The notes under the pieces were generated by a model. That model saw only the letters and a program-made list of their open reading frames with translations. It was not told where the DNA came from and did not search any database. DNA of 64,000 nt, from NCBI GenBank assembly GCA_963779615.1, contig CAVZZA010000001.1, forward strand, positions 64,001-128,000, given 5' to 3'. Every line of letters starts with the position of its first letter. Position 1 is the first letter of the stretch. The translations under genes and the position numbers were made by a program. The DNA comes from an uncultured Nitrososphaeraceae archaeon (GTDB lineage Archaea; Thermoproteota; Nitrososphaeria; Nitrososphaerales; Nitrososphaeraceae). Shown here in pieces: positions 30,710-41,536 of the stretch.

Positions 30710-31150
30710 TCACAAGAATACCCTTGAAATCAAGATCATCAATATTAAAGACATTGTAAGCATAGAAAACAGCATTATTGGAATTCGATCATTGAAACCT
30801 TTAATTTTTTTTGATATAACAGTTATTGATCTATTCTTACCTCCAGACAATACGTTATAATAAACAAACAAGGACAGTATTCCAGATATAAAAACCATAT
30901 TACCCCCAAAGGTATAAAATAATTCATAATACCGATAATTGCTATTAATGCCAAAAAGAATCAGGCCTGAAACAATAGAAACTGTTGAAACACATAAAAC
31001 TATTTTACGGAACCTTGGCAAAATCACTGATAAATTTCCCTTTTTATTTAATGGCCTGATGATTGCCAGTACTACAAATGTCATACTCCACCATAGAAAA
31101 GAAGACGCCAAATGAATACTATTAACAAGGATCTGTATTTCTAAAGTCAA
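30710..31150 (-). CDS. Small 4-TM membrane protein (CopD/DUF4149-like)
   Basis: N-terminal IHL...WW motif and four hydrophobic segments. Confidence 0.6.
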   Translation of the reverse strand: MTLEIQILVNSIHLASSFLWWSMTFVVLAIIRPLNKKGNLSVILPRFRKIVLCVSTVSIVSGLILFGINSNYRYYELFYTFGGNMVFISGILSLFVYYNVLSGGKNRSITVISKKIKGFNDRIPIMLFSMLTMSLILMILISRVFL

Positions 31151-31574
31151 TGCGATCAGGAACTTATATCCTGTTTAAGCGTCTAAATTCTTTTTGCTCA
31201 CTCTCATTATTTTGATAAGCAATTCTTATAACTTAACGCAACTCAAAACTGGAAAACTGTTCTGTACAACCAATAAATCAAAAAACAGTTCGTTGTTACT
31301 CCACATCGTTATTACAAGCATTGATTTGATTATGGATATATATGCAGCATCAATGAAAATAGTCTGTCTTTAAAATCTTGTTTTAATTTAAAGGTAAAGG
31401 TTAAACACTGATGATAGCAAGAATTATCAATTGCTAGTGAAAGGCAATATTTCAACCTTTATCAATAAATTATTGTGATAATCAAACAATATTTAATTAT
31501 ATTTATAATATTTATATAAAACTCCAAACGACAATAAATAAATACCACTTGCAACATATTTATATTGGGTACAT

Positions 31575-32024
31575 ATGACTGCAGATTCGAATGTGACAGA
31601 TGGACGGTCAACAAGCCTCATCAAAAAACATCAAAATAAGATAACATTGGGTATAATATTCGGTGCCATAGGCGCTGTTCTGATAGGCGGTTTATTATTA
31701 AGTGGAGGAACAACTCCAAATAGCAACATTGGTTCTGTGTTTAACCCTTTACCAGTTTATAAATCAGGACTAGGCGCCATTAATGGATATGTAGCTGGAC
31801 CATTAGGTTTACCCGCTGTCGGAGCAACAGTGGTCGCAACAGAACAGGGAGGGTCAGCCAAGTCAGCTAATGCGTTTATTTCAATCGATGGAAAGTATGT
31901 TTTTAGCAATCTACCGCCAGGTGAATACATATTGATGGTAGCGTATCCCGATGGAGTAAACAAGGTGTTAAACCAAGTATCAGTTGATCCAGGTTCGGTA
32001 CAAACAATTAATTTCAAATATTAA
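31575..32024 (+). CDS. Membrane-anchored carboxypeptidase-regulatory-like domain protein
   Basis: N-terminal TM; G.I.G.V....G.P..GATV...DG.Y.F.NLPPG.Y.L.V. Confidence 0.8.
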   Translation: MTADSNVTDGRSTSLIKKHQNKITLGIIFGAIGAVLIGGLLLSGGTTPNSNIGSVFNPLPVYKSGLGAINGYVAGPLGLPAVGATVVATEQGGSAKSANAFISIDGKYVFSNLPPGEYILMVAYPDGVNKVLNQVSVDPGSVQTINFKY

Positions 32025-32073
32025 TTTTTTTTACACTATCAATAATAAACACATATTTTTCAATTATTGGTGG

Positions 32074-32856
32074 TTAATCCTTATTCAAAAATAAGGATAA
32101 CTGATAGATTTGGTCCACAGACAGTTGCCCCAGCTTTTTATCAATAATTTTACCGATATCAAAAACTCCATTGTTTTGTTTGGATTTGTTGAAATATTTT
32201 ATTAAAAAAGAAATGTTTTTTTTTCTAAAAGACAATAAAAATTGTATATCATCTATGATTTTTTTTGGCAAAGGGTGACGTCTTGGAGAAAGTTCAATCA
32301 ATACGGAATCAACTCGAGGTTGAGGAGTAAACGAGGAACGGGGAACATCCAACAGCACCTTCATGCAAAAACGATATTGAGAAATTATTGAAATAGCTCT
32401 ATAATTTTTGTATCCAGGTGGCGATAAAAGTTTTTCTACAAATTCGCGTTGTAGTAAAAGTATACCCTTTTTGAAATCCCTTTGACAAAGCCATGAAAAA
32501 GCATGACGGCTTTCATTGTAAGGCAGGCTAGAAAAAAAAATATCAAAGCGTACGTTAGCAATATTTTTAAAACCATCTAGATTAAGTAGATTCAGATTAC
32601 CATACGGCAATTTACTTTTGCAATTAAAATAAAGATAAGGATCGATTTCAAAAGAATGAACAAATTTTGAGATTTTGCATAGCTCATTAGTTAAAATCCC
32701 GTTTCCACTTCCAACTTCATAAACAACATCATTGCTATCGATTTTAGATAATGCAATAATTTTTTTAATTATATTACTGTCGACAAGGAAATGTTGACCA
32801 AGCGATTTATTATGGTTTTTTCTATATTTTTTTTCCATAAAATAAATCACAGGCAA
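32074..32856 (-). CDS. rsmA: 16S rRNA adenine dimethyltransferase (KsgA/Dim1)
   Basis: LGQHFL, EVGSGNG.LT, SLPY, QREF, F.P.PRVDS. Confidence 0.95.
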   Translation of the reverse strand: MPVIYFMEKKYRKNHNKSLGQHFLVDSNIIKKIIALSKIDSNDVVYEVGSGNGILTNELCKISKFVHSFEIDPYLYFNCKSKLPYGNLNLLNLDGFKNIANVRFDIFFSSLPYNESRHAFSWLCQRDFKKGILLLQREFVEKLLSPPGYKNYRAISIISQYRFCMKVLLDVPRSSFTPQPRVDSVLIELSPRRHPLPKKIIDDIQFLLSFRKKNISFLIKYFNKSKQNNGVFDIGKIIDKKLGQLSVDQIYQLSLFLNKD

Positions 32857-32920
32857 ATGCCTAGAAATTCAACAAAAATAGCATATGAAAGAAACAGAAA
32901 AAGTAATCAAAATAGCAGCA

Positions 32921-33523
32921 TCACTTTCTAACAAAAATATTCATTCGAGTTTCACCAGAAATTTCGTCATGTATTCTTTTAGCTATATGTTTTGATGCAT
33001 CCCTCAAGCCAGTCCTATCTTGAAGGTCCATAAAAGAATTAAACTTTTTCTTATCCCTTTCATTCAATATGGATTTCATATATGTTTTCCCTATGCCCGG
33101 AATAAGTTCCAGGGAATGAACCCGTGGAGTCATTGGTTGAGCTGTATTAAAATAATCTATGAAACGTGTTTCATTTACGCTTACAATTTTTTCAATAACA
33201 GTGGGTAATTCATTTTTAGCAGTTTGTGTAAGATGACCATGATCTATCCGCCCCAAAACACTCAGTATTTTTGCTCGGCCTTCTTTTCCTATGTAGACTC
33301 GTTCGCCTATATCGAACTTTTCATTTTTTATTCCCAGCAATTCAAGAATAGTCAAATGCTCTTCACCGATTGCATGAATTATTATTCCCTCCCTCATTCG
33401 AACAATCGAGGACTTGCCATTTTGGACATAATCCAATATATATGCATACTCCTCAAACTTTCTGTGAGGGAAAGTATCCGTATTTTTATTATAATTATTC
33501 CTATTTGATAAAAATTTCGACAA
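32921..33523 (-). CDS. DUF655 RNA-binding protein
   Basis: EEYAYILDY, H.LELIPGIGK; conserved position after rpoF. Confidence 0.93.
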   Translation of the reverse strand: MSKFLSNRNNYNKNTDTFPHRKFEEYAYILDYVQNGKSSIVRMREGIIIHAIGEEHLTILELLGIKNEKFDIGERVYIGKEGRAKILSVLGRIDHGHLTQTAKNELPTVIEKIVSVNETRFIDYFNTAQPMTPRVHSLELIPGIGKTYMKSILNERDKKKFNSFMDLQDRTGLRDASKHIAKRIHDEISGETRMNIFVRK

Positions 33524-33575
33524 GTTTATTCTTTGTTTATTTGATGCTTATGGGATATAATAAAATGTTCGTTAT

Positions 33576-33953
33576 CTAACTTTCAATGCCAGACTCATCT
33601 TTAGGATTTTCATCATCCTGATCTGATAACAAAATCGATTTTATTTTTTCTAGTTTTTCTGTCACAATCAATTTTTTCCATCCAAAAGTAAAAGCCCGTA
33701 ACTCCTCCAATGATTTAGGCATAACATTTACCAATTCTACAGATTCTTCCATTGTCAAATTGCCTTCATTGACAAGATTGTCAACCATCACCTTTGTTTT
33801 GTCATAATCGGCTTTTGCAAATTTTTTAGAATAATCATATGTCCATCGCTGGATTTGGTCCATCTCATCAAGTGAAATAGACTCTAAAATTTTTTTAACT
33901 TCAGATAATGTAATAATCTCGCGTTGTAAAACTTCGGTCATTTTAATGCACAC
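33576..33953 (-). CDS. rpoF: DNA-directed RNA polymerase subunit F (Rpo4)
   Basis: ITL.EVK..L, Q..T.DY..KF, V.LVN.MP.S.EELR; synteny rpl21e-rpoF-DUF655-ksgA. Confidence 0.93.
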   Translation of the reverse strand: MCIKMTEVLQREIITLSEVKKILESISLDEMDQIQRWTYDYSKKFAKADYDKTKVMVDNLVNEGNLTMEESVELVNVMPKSLEELRAFTFGWKKLIVTEKLEKIKSILLSDQDDENPKDESGIES

Positions 33954-33965
33954 CCTTTGAGATTT

Positions 33966-34268
33966 TCAAGACTTTGTTAATTGACGAATATGGTTAAATT
34001 TGGTTTGCAAGTACTTTGGTTTGTTTCCAAACATCACCATAACTTTCATAGTGCGTCTCCCAATAGATTCAATTGTACCTACACGACCCTGAAAACGCCT
34101 ATGAGGCATGGTATTGTGTTCACTCGGATCAATATTTACAACAACTTTATCCCCGGGTTTATAGTCAATAAGCAAATATGACACACCTGTGACTTTATTT
34201 GACTTTGTTAAAACCGATCTTGATTTTCTTCTAGTTCCGTGAGATGAAGGCATAAACCTTTTTAACAA
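33966..34268 (-). CDS. rpl21e: 50S ribosomal protein L21e
   Basis: SHG.RRKSR, GDKV...IDPS.H..MPHRRFQGR.G. Confidence 0.97.
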   Translation of the reverse strand: MLKRFMPSSHGTRRKSRSVLTKSNKVTGVSYLLIDYKPGDKVVVNIDPSEHNTMPHRRFQGRVGTIESIGRRTMKVMVMFGNKPKYLQTKFNHIRQLTKS

Positions 34269-34666
34269 TCACCCTAATAAAAATTATTTACAAAAATAAC
34301 ATATCGCCAGTCTTAAAGCATCCAATCAAGTATCTCTAATACATTAAACAGCAATCAGGTCATAAAGGTTTTTCACATACATAATAAAATATAACTGCCT
34401 TGTTGCATGATTATTGTATATCGTTTTTTGTTAGTGTTTTGGTTATTATCCAAAGGGTAACCAGTCATAATTTAATATGGATTACCAGGAAAGTGGCATG
34501 TTTTAACTGTATTTCGAATCATGCAACAAAATAAAATACAATCTCTAAATGGCATGCCCGAGCATGCAAAGAAAAGAAAAAAGGCAAGGAATTAAAAAAA
34601 ATGTCGTAATAAACATTTAAAGTATACACAAAAACAAAAATAACAGGCAATAGGTTCCATGCATAT

Positions 34667-35671
34667 TTAATTATTTTTTTTTGGATCAGTAATGCCATTA
34701 TTATCGATAGTAAAAACAATTTCACTCTCAGGATGGTATGGAGAATCAACCATTCTAGCTATCCTATTTCTCCCCGACCGTCTCAAAAAAATTCTGTATG
34801 TACTAGAATGAGCCATAACATTGCCTCCTGCGGCTTTAAATGAATTTCCACTAAACATAGAATCGGGGGATGCCGTTACTTGGTTTGTTAGCAAAACCGC
34901 AATCTCGAATGTTTCTGCTATTCGCATAACAGTATGGACCAACTTATTCAATCTCTGCTGTCTTTCAGAAAGGGCAGACAATCCTATAAATTCTGATCGG
35001 TAAAGAGAAATAATTGAATCAATAATCAGTAGTTTAATATTATGAGAATCTATAACCTTACCAGCTTCAGACAGGATCAATTCATGATGAGAACTGCTAT
35101 AGGCCTTTGCAACAACAACATTATCCAATATTTTGAAAGAGTCTAATTTCCTTAGTTTTGAAATTGTTTCAATTCGTTCCGGTCGAAATGTATTTTCTGT
35201 ATCCACATACAATGCATTTCCCTTTAATCCCCCATTAGAATAATCTTGTTGTACAGTAACACAAGCAGTATGACATAATTGTGTTTTACCAGTTCCATAT
35301 TCTCCACATACCTCCGTAATGGATTTTGTTTCTATACCCCCTCCCAAAAGAAAATCAAAATTTTTTGAGCCAGTAGAAATCTTGCCTATATTTTTGCGTT
35401 TATGGTAAAGAATAGTTGCAGGGATAAATCGTTTTTCAATTATTCCATTCTGTTCTAAAGCTGCCAATGCCTGATTATATATTAAAAAAGAGTCATCAAT
35501 ATCAATTCCGGTCTGAGACGATAATTCAAATGGTCCACAAACTACCAGATCTTTTAGAGATAAAAAACCAGATTTCTTCAAAAGAGCAATAACAGTAAAA
35601 GAAATGTCTTTTAAAACATCTATAGAAAAAGAGTTATCAGAATTATAGTTAGCATCAGAACTAAAAGTCAA
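34667..35671 (-). CDS. radA: RadA / RadA-paralog recombinase
   Basis: FIPA polymerisation motif, GGGIET..ITE..GEYGTGKTQ, DTENTFRPER, RQQRL, RIARMVDSP. Confidence 0.9.
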   Translation of the reverse strand: MTFSSDANYNSDNSFSIDVLKDISFTVIALLKKSGFLSLKDLVVCGPFELSSQTGIDIDDSFLIYNQALAALEQNGIIEKRFIPATILYHKRKNIGKISTGSKNFDFLLGGGIETKSITEVCGEYGTGKTQLCHTACVTVQQDYSNGGLKGNALYVDTENTFRPERIETISKLRKLDSFKILDNVVVAKAYSSSHHELILSEAGKVIDSHNIKLLIIDSIISLYRSEFIGLSALSERQQRLNKLVHTVMRIAETFEIAVLLTNQVTASPDSMFSGNSFKAAGGNVMAHSSTYRIFLRRSGRNRIARMVDSPYHPESEIVFTIDNNGITDPKKNN

Positions 35672-36202
35672 TTATAAAGAAGTTTAATAAAGTCCAATAT
35701 TTCAATAATACTAAAATTAGTCATGCTCTGCAATTTTTAAACATCATTTTATCGATATTTCAATAAAAAACCAGTGTAAAACGCATGAAAAAAGTCTCAT
35801 ATTCACCAGGTTATTCGCTCAATTCCACTCACATTAGTTACTTAAAAAGGATACGTCAATTCTGTAAACTAATATCGGCTTTTTAGAAACCTGGGGGAAT
35901 AAGCTATATACAAATATACAAAGACAACTCTTACGATCACACTAAATGCCAAAGTATCTTTTTATCCGAATCAAACCAAATTGGTGGGCGGGCAAACCCT
36001 AAGCATGTCAACAACACATGCGTTTTAACTGAATTGCCGATTGAAATAAAATATATGGAATAAGAGACAGAACCTATTTGATATGCAGTCAAAGAGCACC
36101 ATCAGACTCTCAAAATGGTTGAACCGACAATCAATAAACACGTTATTGAAATACCGATAAACACCCCATCAAGTTTTGATAAAAAGCCACATGGTGAAGT
36201 GA

Positions 36203-36874
36203 TTGATTGTCGATTTAAACATGGTTAATAGAAATGTCTTGGTGGTAGGTGCAGGAGCAGAAGGAACTAAAAAGGTAAAATCACTTGTTAATTATAACTG
36301 CAGTATTACGGTGATAGGTGAAAAGGTTAACCAAGACATTCTCAACTATGAAAAAATGCATAAATTGCATTTAATTCAGAAAAAAATCGAAAGTATGGAC
36401 TTTTTAAATAGTTTTAATAACCTATTTTTGATTATTGCAACCACAAATGATAAATTTTTAAACAAAGAAATAATAAACTGGGCCATAAATGCAGGAATCC
36501 TGGCCTATTCTACCGATGACCCTGAAAAGAGTGACATTGCATTTACGTCAATAATTACAATAGACGGGTCGATTCAAATAGCAATATCGACTTCAGGGAA
36601 AAGCCCCATAATGACTAAAATAATAAAAGGCAAGATAGAAGATGCTATAAAAAATATAATAGGGAAAAGCGATATTGACAATATAAAAATTCAAGAATTT
36701 GCCAGAACACATGCCAAAAAATACATAGAAAAGCCTCAAGAAAGAAAAGAATTTTTATATAAATTAATAAATAATCCCGAGATACAGGACCTATTAAGTA
36801 AAGGCAACATTGATAAAGTTAAGGAAAGAATTATTAACACATTAGACAAATTGGAGGATAACAAGGGCAGATGA
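36203..36874 (+). CDS. sirC: Precorrin-2 dehydrogenase (SirC / CysG N-terminal)
   Basis: VLVVGAG..G..K, D.PE.SD, IAISTSGKSP. Confidence 0.92.
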   Translation: MIVDLNMVNRNVLVVGAGAEGTKKVKSLVNYNCSITVIGEKVNQDILNYEKMHKLHLIQKKIESMDFLNSFNNLFLIIATTNDKFLNKEIINWAINAGILAYSTDDPEKSDIAFTSIITIDGSIQIAISTSGKSPIMTKIIKGKIEDAIKNIIGKSDIDNIKIQEFARTHAKKYIEKPQERKEFLYKLINNPEIQDLLSKGNIDKVKERIINTLDKLEDNKGR

Positions 36875-38160
36875 CAGCATATTTAAGTTTACAATCATCG
36901 CAATTTGTCAATTTAAGGGTTACATTTAAAAATTCGCCAATACACATTTTAGAAAAATTCACATTTAAGGACATTTTTTCAGCATACAAAACACTGACAG
37001 ATTCAACGGAATTAGAAGAATGTTTGATATTACAAACCTGCAATAGAGTAGAAATTTATGGAGTGGGCAATAATCCACAACACGATAGAATAATTGGATT
37101 ATGGTCTTCATTAATTGGCGTCCCTGTTGATGAGGTAAGGTCAAATGTTAGGATTGACGATGGAGAGGAAGCAATCAAACATCTTGCCAAATTAACATCA
37201 GGTCTTGACTCGTTGGTAGTAGGTGAAGACCAAATATTAGGACAAGTCAAAAGATCACTAGAGTTTTCTCGAAAAAACGGATTTTCGGGTCCAAATTTGA
37301 ATATTCTTTTTGACAGAACAATCAAAATCGGAAGCAAGGTAAGAACAGCTACAGGCATAAACAAAGGAAGCGTGTCGGTTGGATCCATGGCCGTCAATTT
37401 AACATATGAGTATTTTGATGAAATCAATGAGAAAGAAATTTTATTGATAGGTTCTGGCGAAGGGGCCAGTTTAATAGCCAAATCATTAAAACAACGTAAT
37501 ATCAATTTTTTTATCAGTAGCAGGACATTTGAGAGAGCAAGATCTTTTTCCGATACAGTTGCGGGCGTACCGATACCATTTGAAGAAGCATTACAAAAAC
37601 TTAACGAAAGCATAGACATCATATTCATTTCCACGGTTGCGCCATATTATTTGCTAACATATGAGAGAATGGCAAACATAATGCAGAACAGAGAAAAAGG
37701 ATTAATGATCTTTGATTTATCAAATCCCAGGACTGTAGAAGATAAAATTGCCATTCTGAACAAAGTCAAATTGGTAAACATAGATCAGATATCAGAGATA
37801 GTAGAAAAAAACGTAAGAAAAAGAAAAAAGGAGATACAAACTGCCGAAAGAATAATAGAAGAAGAAATCTTTTTAATTAAAGAAACACTAAGAAGAAAAA
37901 GTTCAGAGCCAGTAATAATAACGATTTTTAAGGACGCAGACTCCATTAGGGAAAAAGAATTCAAAAAAGCCTTATCATTGATAGGAGACAAAATAGAAGA
38001 AAAAGATATAAAAGTTTTTGAGCAATTTTCCTATGCGTTAATAGAAGGAATACTTTCTACGCCAATGAATAATTTAAGGAAAGAACTTTCCCAAGGCAAT
38101 AAAAATAAAAGTGATTTAATAAACTTGGCATTAAAACTGTTTAATTATGAAAAAGCATAG
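36871..38160 (+). CDS. hemA: Glutamyl-tRNA reductase
   Basis: LQTCNRVEIY, GLDSLVVGEDQILGQVK, DLSNPR. Confidence 0.98.
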   Translation: MTAYLSLQSSQFVNLRVTFKNSPIHILEKFTFKDIFSAYKTLTDSTELEECLILQTCNRVEIYGVGNNPQHDRIIGLWSSLIGVPVDEVRSNVRIDDGEEAIKHLAKLTSGLDSLVVGEDQILGQVKRSLEFSRKNGFSGPNLNILFDRTIKIGSKVRTATGINKGSVSVGSMAVNLTYEYFDEINEKEILLIGSGEGASLIAKSLKQRNINFFISSRTFERARSFSDTVAGVPIPFEEALQKLNESIDIIFISTVAPYYLLTYERMANIMQNREKGLMIFDLSNPRTVEDKIAILNKVKLVNIDQISEIVEKNVRKRKKEIQTAERIIEEEIFLIKETLRRKSSEPVIITIFKDADSIREKEFKKALSLIGDKIEEKDIKVFEQFSYALIEGILSTPMNNLRKELSQGNKNKSDLINLALKLFNYEKA

Positions 38161-39229
38161 CACATCAAAGAAAAACATCCAAGAAAATTTAGAAAGCAAA
38201 GTCAACTTTAAACATTATTTAAACAGATCTAATGAAAGTTACAGCGTTTTTCCAAAAATGAGGTTAAGAAGACTTAGGAAAAATGAGGCAATAAGGGATC
38301 TTTTACAGGAGACACACCTATCAATCAAAGATTTGGTGGTCCCGCTATTTGTACAAGAAGGAATCAGCAAGAATGTGGAAATAGAATCAATGCCAGGAAT
38401 ATTCAGATTCTCCCTAAAAACACTACTAAAAGAGGTAGAAGACATCGTTGCATTAGGGATCAAGGCAATAATTCTTTTTGGCATCCCATCCAAAAAAGAC
38501 GGTTTTGGCAACAGCGCGTTTGACAAGGATGGAATAACACAGCAGGCAATAAAAACAATCAAAGACACGTTTGGAGAAAAGTTAGTAGTTATTACCGATG
38601 TTTGTCTTTGCCAATACACTTCCCATGGCCATTGCGGCATAATCAAAAACAACAGAGTTGATAACGATCGGACTTTGGACACACTTGCAAAAATTGCTTT
38701 AAGTCATGCGACATTGGGCGCAGACATGGTAGCGCCATCAGCTATGATGGATGGCCAGGTGAAAATATTGAGAGACATTCTAGATGATAACGATTATCAC
38801 GATACAATGATTATGGGATATTCAGCAAAGCAAGCATCATCATTTTTTTCCCCGTTTAGGGATGCTGCTCATTCATTACCAAGTTTTGGTAATAGATATT
38901 CGTATCAGATGCCTTTTACAAACTCAAGAGAGGCGCATCGTGAAATAATAGCAGATATGGAAGAAGGCGCAGATATTTTGATGATAAAACCAGCAATCCC
39001 AAATCTTGACTTGATATATTCAGCAAAACAAAACTCTTTTCACCCTATTGCAGCATACAGCGTATCTGGAGAATACTCCATGATAAAGGCAGCGTCAATC
39101 AACAACTGGATAGATGAAACCTCAGCAATAACAGAATTGCTGACATCCATCAAAAGAGCTGGAGCAGATATCATAATTTCATACCATGCAAAAAAAATGG
39201 CAGAAACACTTACAAATAACAAAAATTAG
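38147..39229 (+). CDS. hemB: Porphobilinogen synthase (Zn-type)
   Basis: DVCLCQYTSHGHCG, APSAMMDGQV, FRDAA, MIKP, AYSVSGEY. Confidence 0.98.
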   Translation: MKKHSTSKKNIQENLESKVNFKHYLNRSNESYSVFPKMRLRRLRKNEAIRDLLQETHLSIKDLVVPLFVQEGISKNVEIESMPGIFRFSLKTLLKEVEDIVALGIKAIILFGIPSKKDGFGNSAFDKDGITQQAIKTIKDTFGEKLVVITDVCLCQYTSHGHCGIIKNNRVDNDRTLDTLAKIALSHATLGADMVAPSAMMDGQVKILRDILDDNDYHDTMIMGYSAKQASSFFSPFRDAAHSLPSFGNRYSYQMPFTNSREAHREIIADMEEGADILMIKPAIPNLDLIYSAKQNSFHPIAAYSVSGEYSMIKAASINNWIDETSAITELLTSIKRAGADIIISYHAKKMAETLTNNKN

Positions 39230-39264
39230 ATAGCCGATACAGTTATAACTTTTTTAAACGTTAT

Positions 39265-40566
39265 GTGTTTCATTTGATGTTTGACAAATCCAAGGCATTA
39301 TTCGAGAGAGCCTGCAGAATAATTCCTGGTGGAGTTAATAGCCCCGTTAGGTTTTTTCAGCCATATCCATTTTTTGTTGAGTCAGGGAACGGCAGTAAGA
39401 TATTTACTAAAGAAGGTAATGCATTGATTGACTACTGCATGGGTTATGGTTCGGTTTTTTTAGGCCACGGTAATCAAGATGTTGCACTGGCAGTAAAAAG
39501 CCAAATAGATAAAGGAAACTTATTTTGCACCCCTACGGAAAAAGAAATCGAACTAGCAGAATCATGTAATAAAATAATCCCGTCTGCAGAAATGGTAAGG
39601 ATCACAAATACGGGAGCAGAAGCAACCATGCATGCCATTAGGCTGGCAAGGGCATTCACAAAAAAGACAAAGATTATAAAATTTGATGGGGGATACCATG
39701 GTGCTTTTGATGATGTACTTGATAAGGCAGGTTCAGGCGCTTCAGAATTGGAACAAACAGATGGAATGCCAAAAGAAAACGCAACCAGGACCATAACGAT
39801 CCCTTATAATGACATGGAGTCATTGGAGTTGGCCATAAACAGAGAAAAGGATGGCAAAGGCGGCATTGCATGCATAATTATTGAACCTGTTTTAGCCAAT
39901 TCCGGACTAATACTTCCAGCAAAAGACTATTTAAACAAAATCAGAAGCATTACCAAAGAAAATAACATAGTTTTGATTTTTGATGAGGTGGTAACAGGTT
40001 TTCGGCTTGCGCTTGGGGGCGCGAGTGAGTTTTTCGGAATAAAAGCAGATATAACAACATTTGCAAAAGCTATGGGAAACGGGTACCCTATTTCCCTAAT
40101 AACGGGAAAAAAGGAGATAATGTCCCAACTAGCACCAAGCGGAAAAGTGTATCAAGCTAGTACGTTTGCAGGCAACCCGTTATCTGTCACAGCATCCTTG
40201 AAAACACTAGAGATTTTAAGTAAAAATAAAAATGTCATTTACCCGCAAGTGAGCAAAACATGCGATAGAATAGTAAACGGAATAAAAGACATTGCACACG
40301 ATAAAGAAATAGAATTGACAGTGAACTCAATAGGTTCGATGTTTCAAACATTCTTCACAAAAAAGGCAGTGAGCAAATACCAAGACGTCAAAATGTCAAA
40401 CATTACAAAATTTAGTGAATTATTCAAGGTATTGCTTGATAACGGAATATTTATCCCACCCTCGCAATTTGAAACATGTTTTATCTCAACAAACCATAAT
40501 GAAGAAGACATTGAAAAAACTATCGAGTCATACGATAAAGCATTAACAAAGGTGAAAACCTTTTAA
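39265..40566 (+). CDS. hemL: Glutamate-1-semialdehyde 2,1-aminomutase
   Basis: PGGVNSPVR, FDEVVTGFR, TFAGNP, PPSQFE. Confidence 0.98.
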   Translation: MFHLMFDKSKALFERACRIIPGGVNSPVRFFQPYPFFVESGNGSKIFTKEGNALIDYCMGYGSVFLGHGNQDVALAVKSQIDKGNLFCTPTEKEIELAESCNKIIPSAEMVRITNTGAEATMHAIRLARAFTKKTKIIKFDGGYHGAFDDVLDKAGSGASELEQTDGMPKENATRTITIPYNDMESLELAINREKDGKGGIACIIIEPVLANSGLILPAKDYLNKIRSITKENNIVLIFDEVVTGFRLALGGASEFFGIKADITTFAKAMGNGYPISLITGKKEIMSQLAPSGKVYQASTFAGNPLSVTASLKTLEILSKNKNVIYPQVSKTCDRIVNGIKDIAHDKEIELTVNSIGSMFQTFFTKKAVSKYQDVKMSNITKFSELFKVLLDNGIFIPPSQFETCFISTNHNEEDIEKTIESYDKALTKVKTF

Positions 40567-41536
40567 AGAATTTGTAGTTGCAACCAGGGCAAGCAAATTG
40601 GCCATTCACCAAACTAATTCAATCATAAAATCACTGAAAAAGGAAGAACCGGAAATGGAGTTTCGGATAGAACACATTACAACCAAAGGTGATAAGGACA
40701 AACGCCCATTTTTTGAAATAAACCAGAATGGAGTTTTCGAAAAGGAGGTAAACGAGTCACTGCTGCAATACAAGGCGGATTTGGCAGTACATAGCCTTAA
40801 AGATTTGCATGGAGGCTTTTCAAGCAAATTAGCTATTGCAAGCATACCTAAAAGAGAAAAACCGTATGATGTTTTCATCAACAATATCAACAACAACAAG
40901 ATAAGCAAATTGGGACCGGAATCCACAATAGGAACAAGCAGTATCCGAAGGGCCATTCAAATTAAAACCCAATATCCATCAATAGTCATTAAATCCCTAA
41001 GGGGCAACATTGAAACGAGAATAGCCAAATCAAAAGAAAACAAATACACAGGCATTGTATTAGCAGAAGCAGGAATAAAAAGACTTGGGCTAAACGCCAA
41101 CATAGTTCAAAGGCTGGATATTCAAAATTTTACACCCGCGCCCGGGCAGGGGGCTCTAGCTATTGTTTGTAGAAAAGATGACGTCCACACCAGAATGATC
41201 TTGAAAAAAATCGAGCATAACGTTTCAAGAAAAGAGATACAAGCTGAAAGATCACTAATTGAAAACATAGGCGCCGGGTGCACCGTGCCTTTAGGGGCGC
41301 TGGCGACAATGAACAGAAAAAGTAACAAAATATCGCTATTTACAGCAATTTACTCTTTAGATGGCAAAAAATCTTTAAAGCACAAGGAAGAGGGAGATGC
41401 AGAACATCCCCAAAAATTGGGAAAAAAAGTGGGAGAGTTTCTTATTTCAAAAGGGGCAAAAGAGTTGACAAATGAATGGAGTAAAATTGGTAACAATAAA
41501 GCTAATGATATTATAAAGGAAATGAGTACAGAATGA
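40562..41536 (+). CDS. hemC: Hydroxymethylbilane synthase (porphobilinogen deaminase); start codon uncertain
   Basis: In-frame VVATRASKLA lies upstream of the called TTG at 40598; T.GD, AVHSLKD, GTSS.RR, RGNIETR, PAPGQGAL, GC.VP. Confidence 0.95.
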   Translation, partial: FKEFVVATRASKLAIHQTNSIIKSLKKEEPEMEFRIEHITTKGDKDKRPFFEINQNGVFEKEVNESLLQYKADLAVHSLKDLHGGFSSKLAIASIPKREKPYDVFINNINNNKISKLGPESTIGTSSIRRAIQIKTQYPSIVIKSLRGNIETRIAKSKENKYTGIVLAEAGIKRLGLNANIVQRLDIQNFTPAPGQGALAIVCRKDDVHTRMILKKIEHNVSRKEIQAERSLIENIGAGCTVPLGALATMNRKSNKISLFTAIYSLDGKKSLKHKEEGDAEHPQKLGKKVGEFLISKGAKELTNEWSKIGNNKANDIIKEMSTE

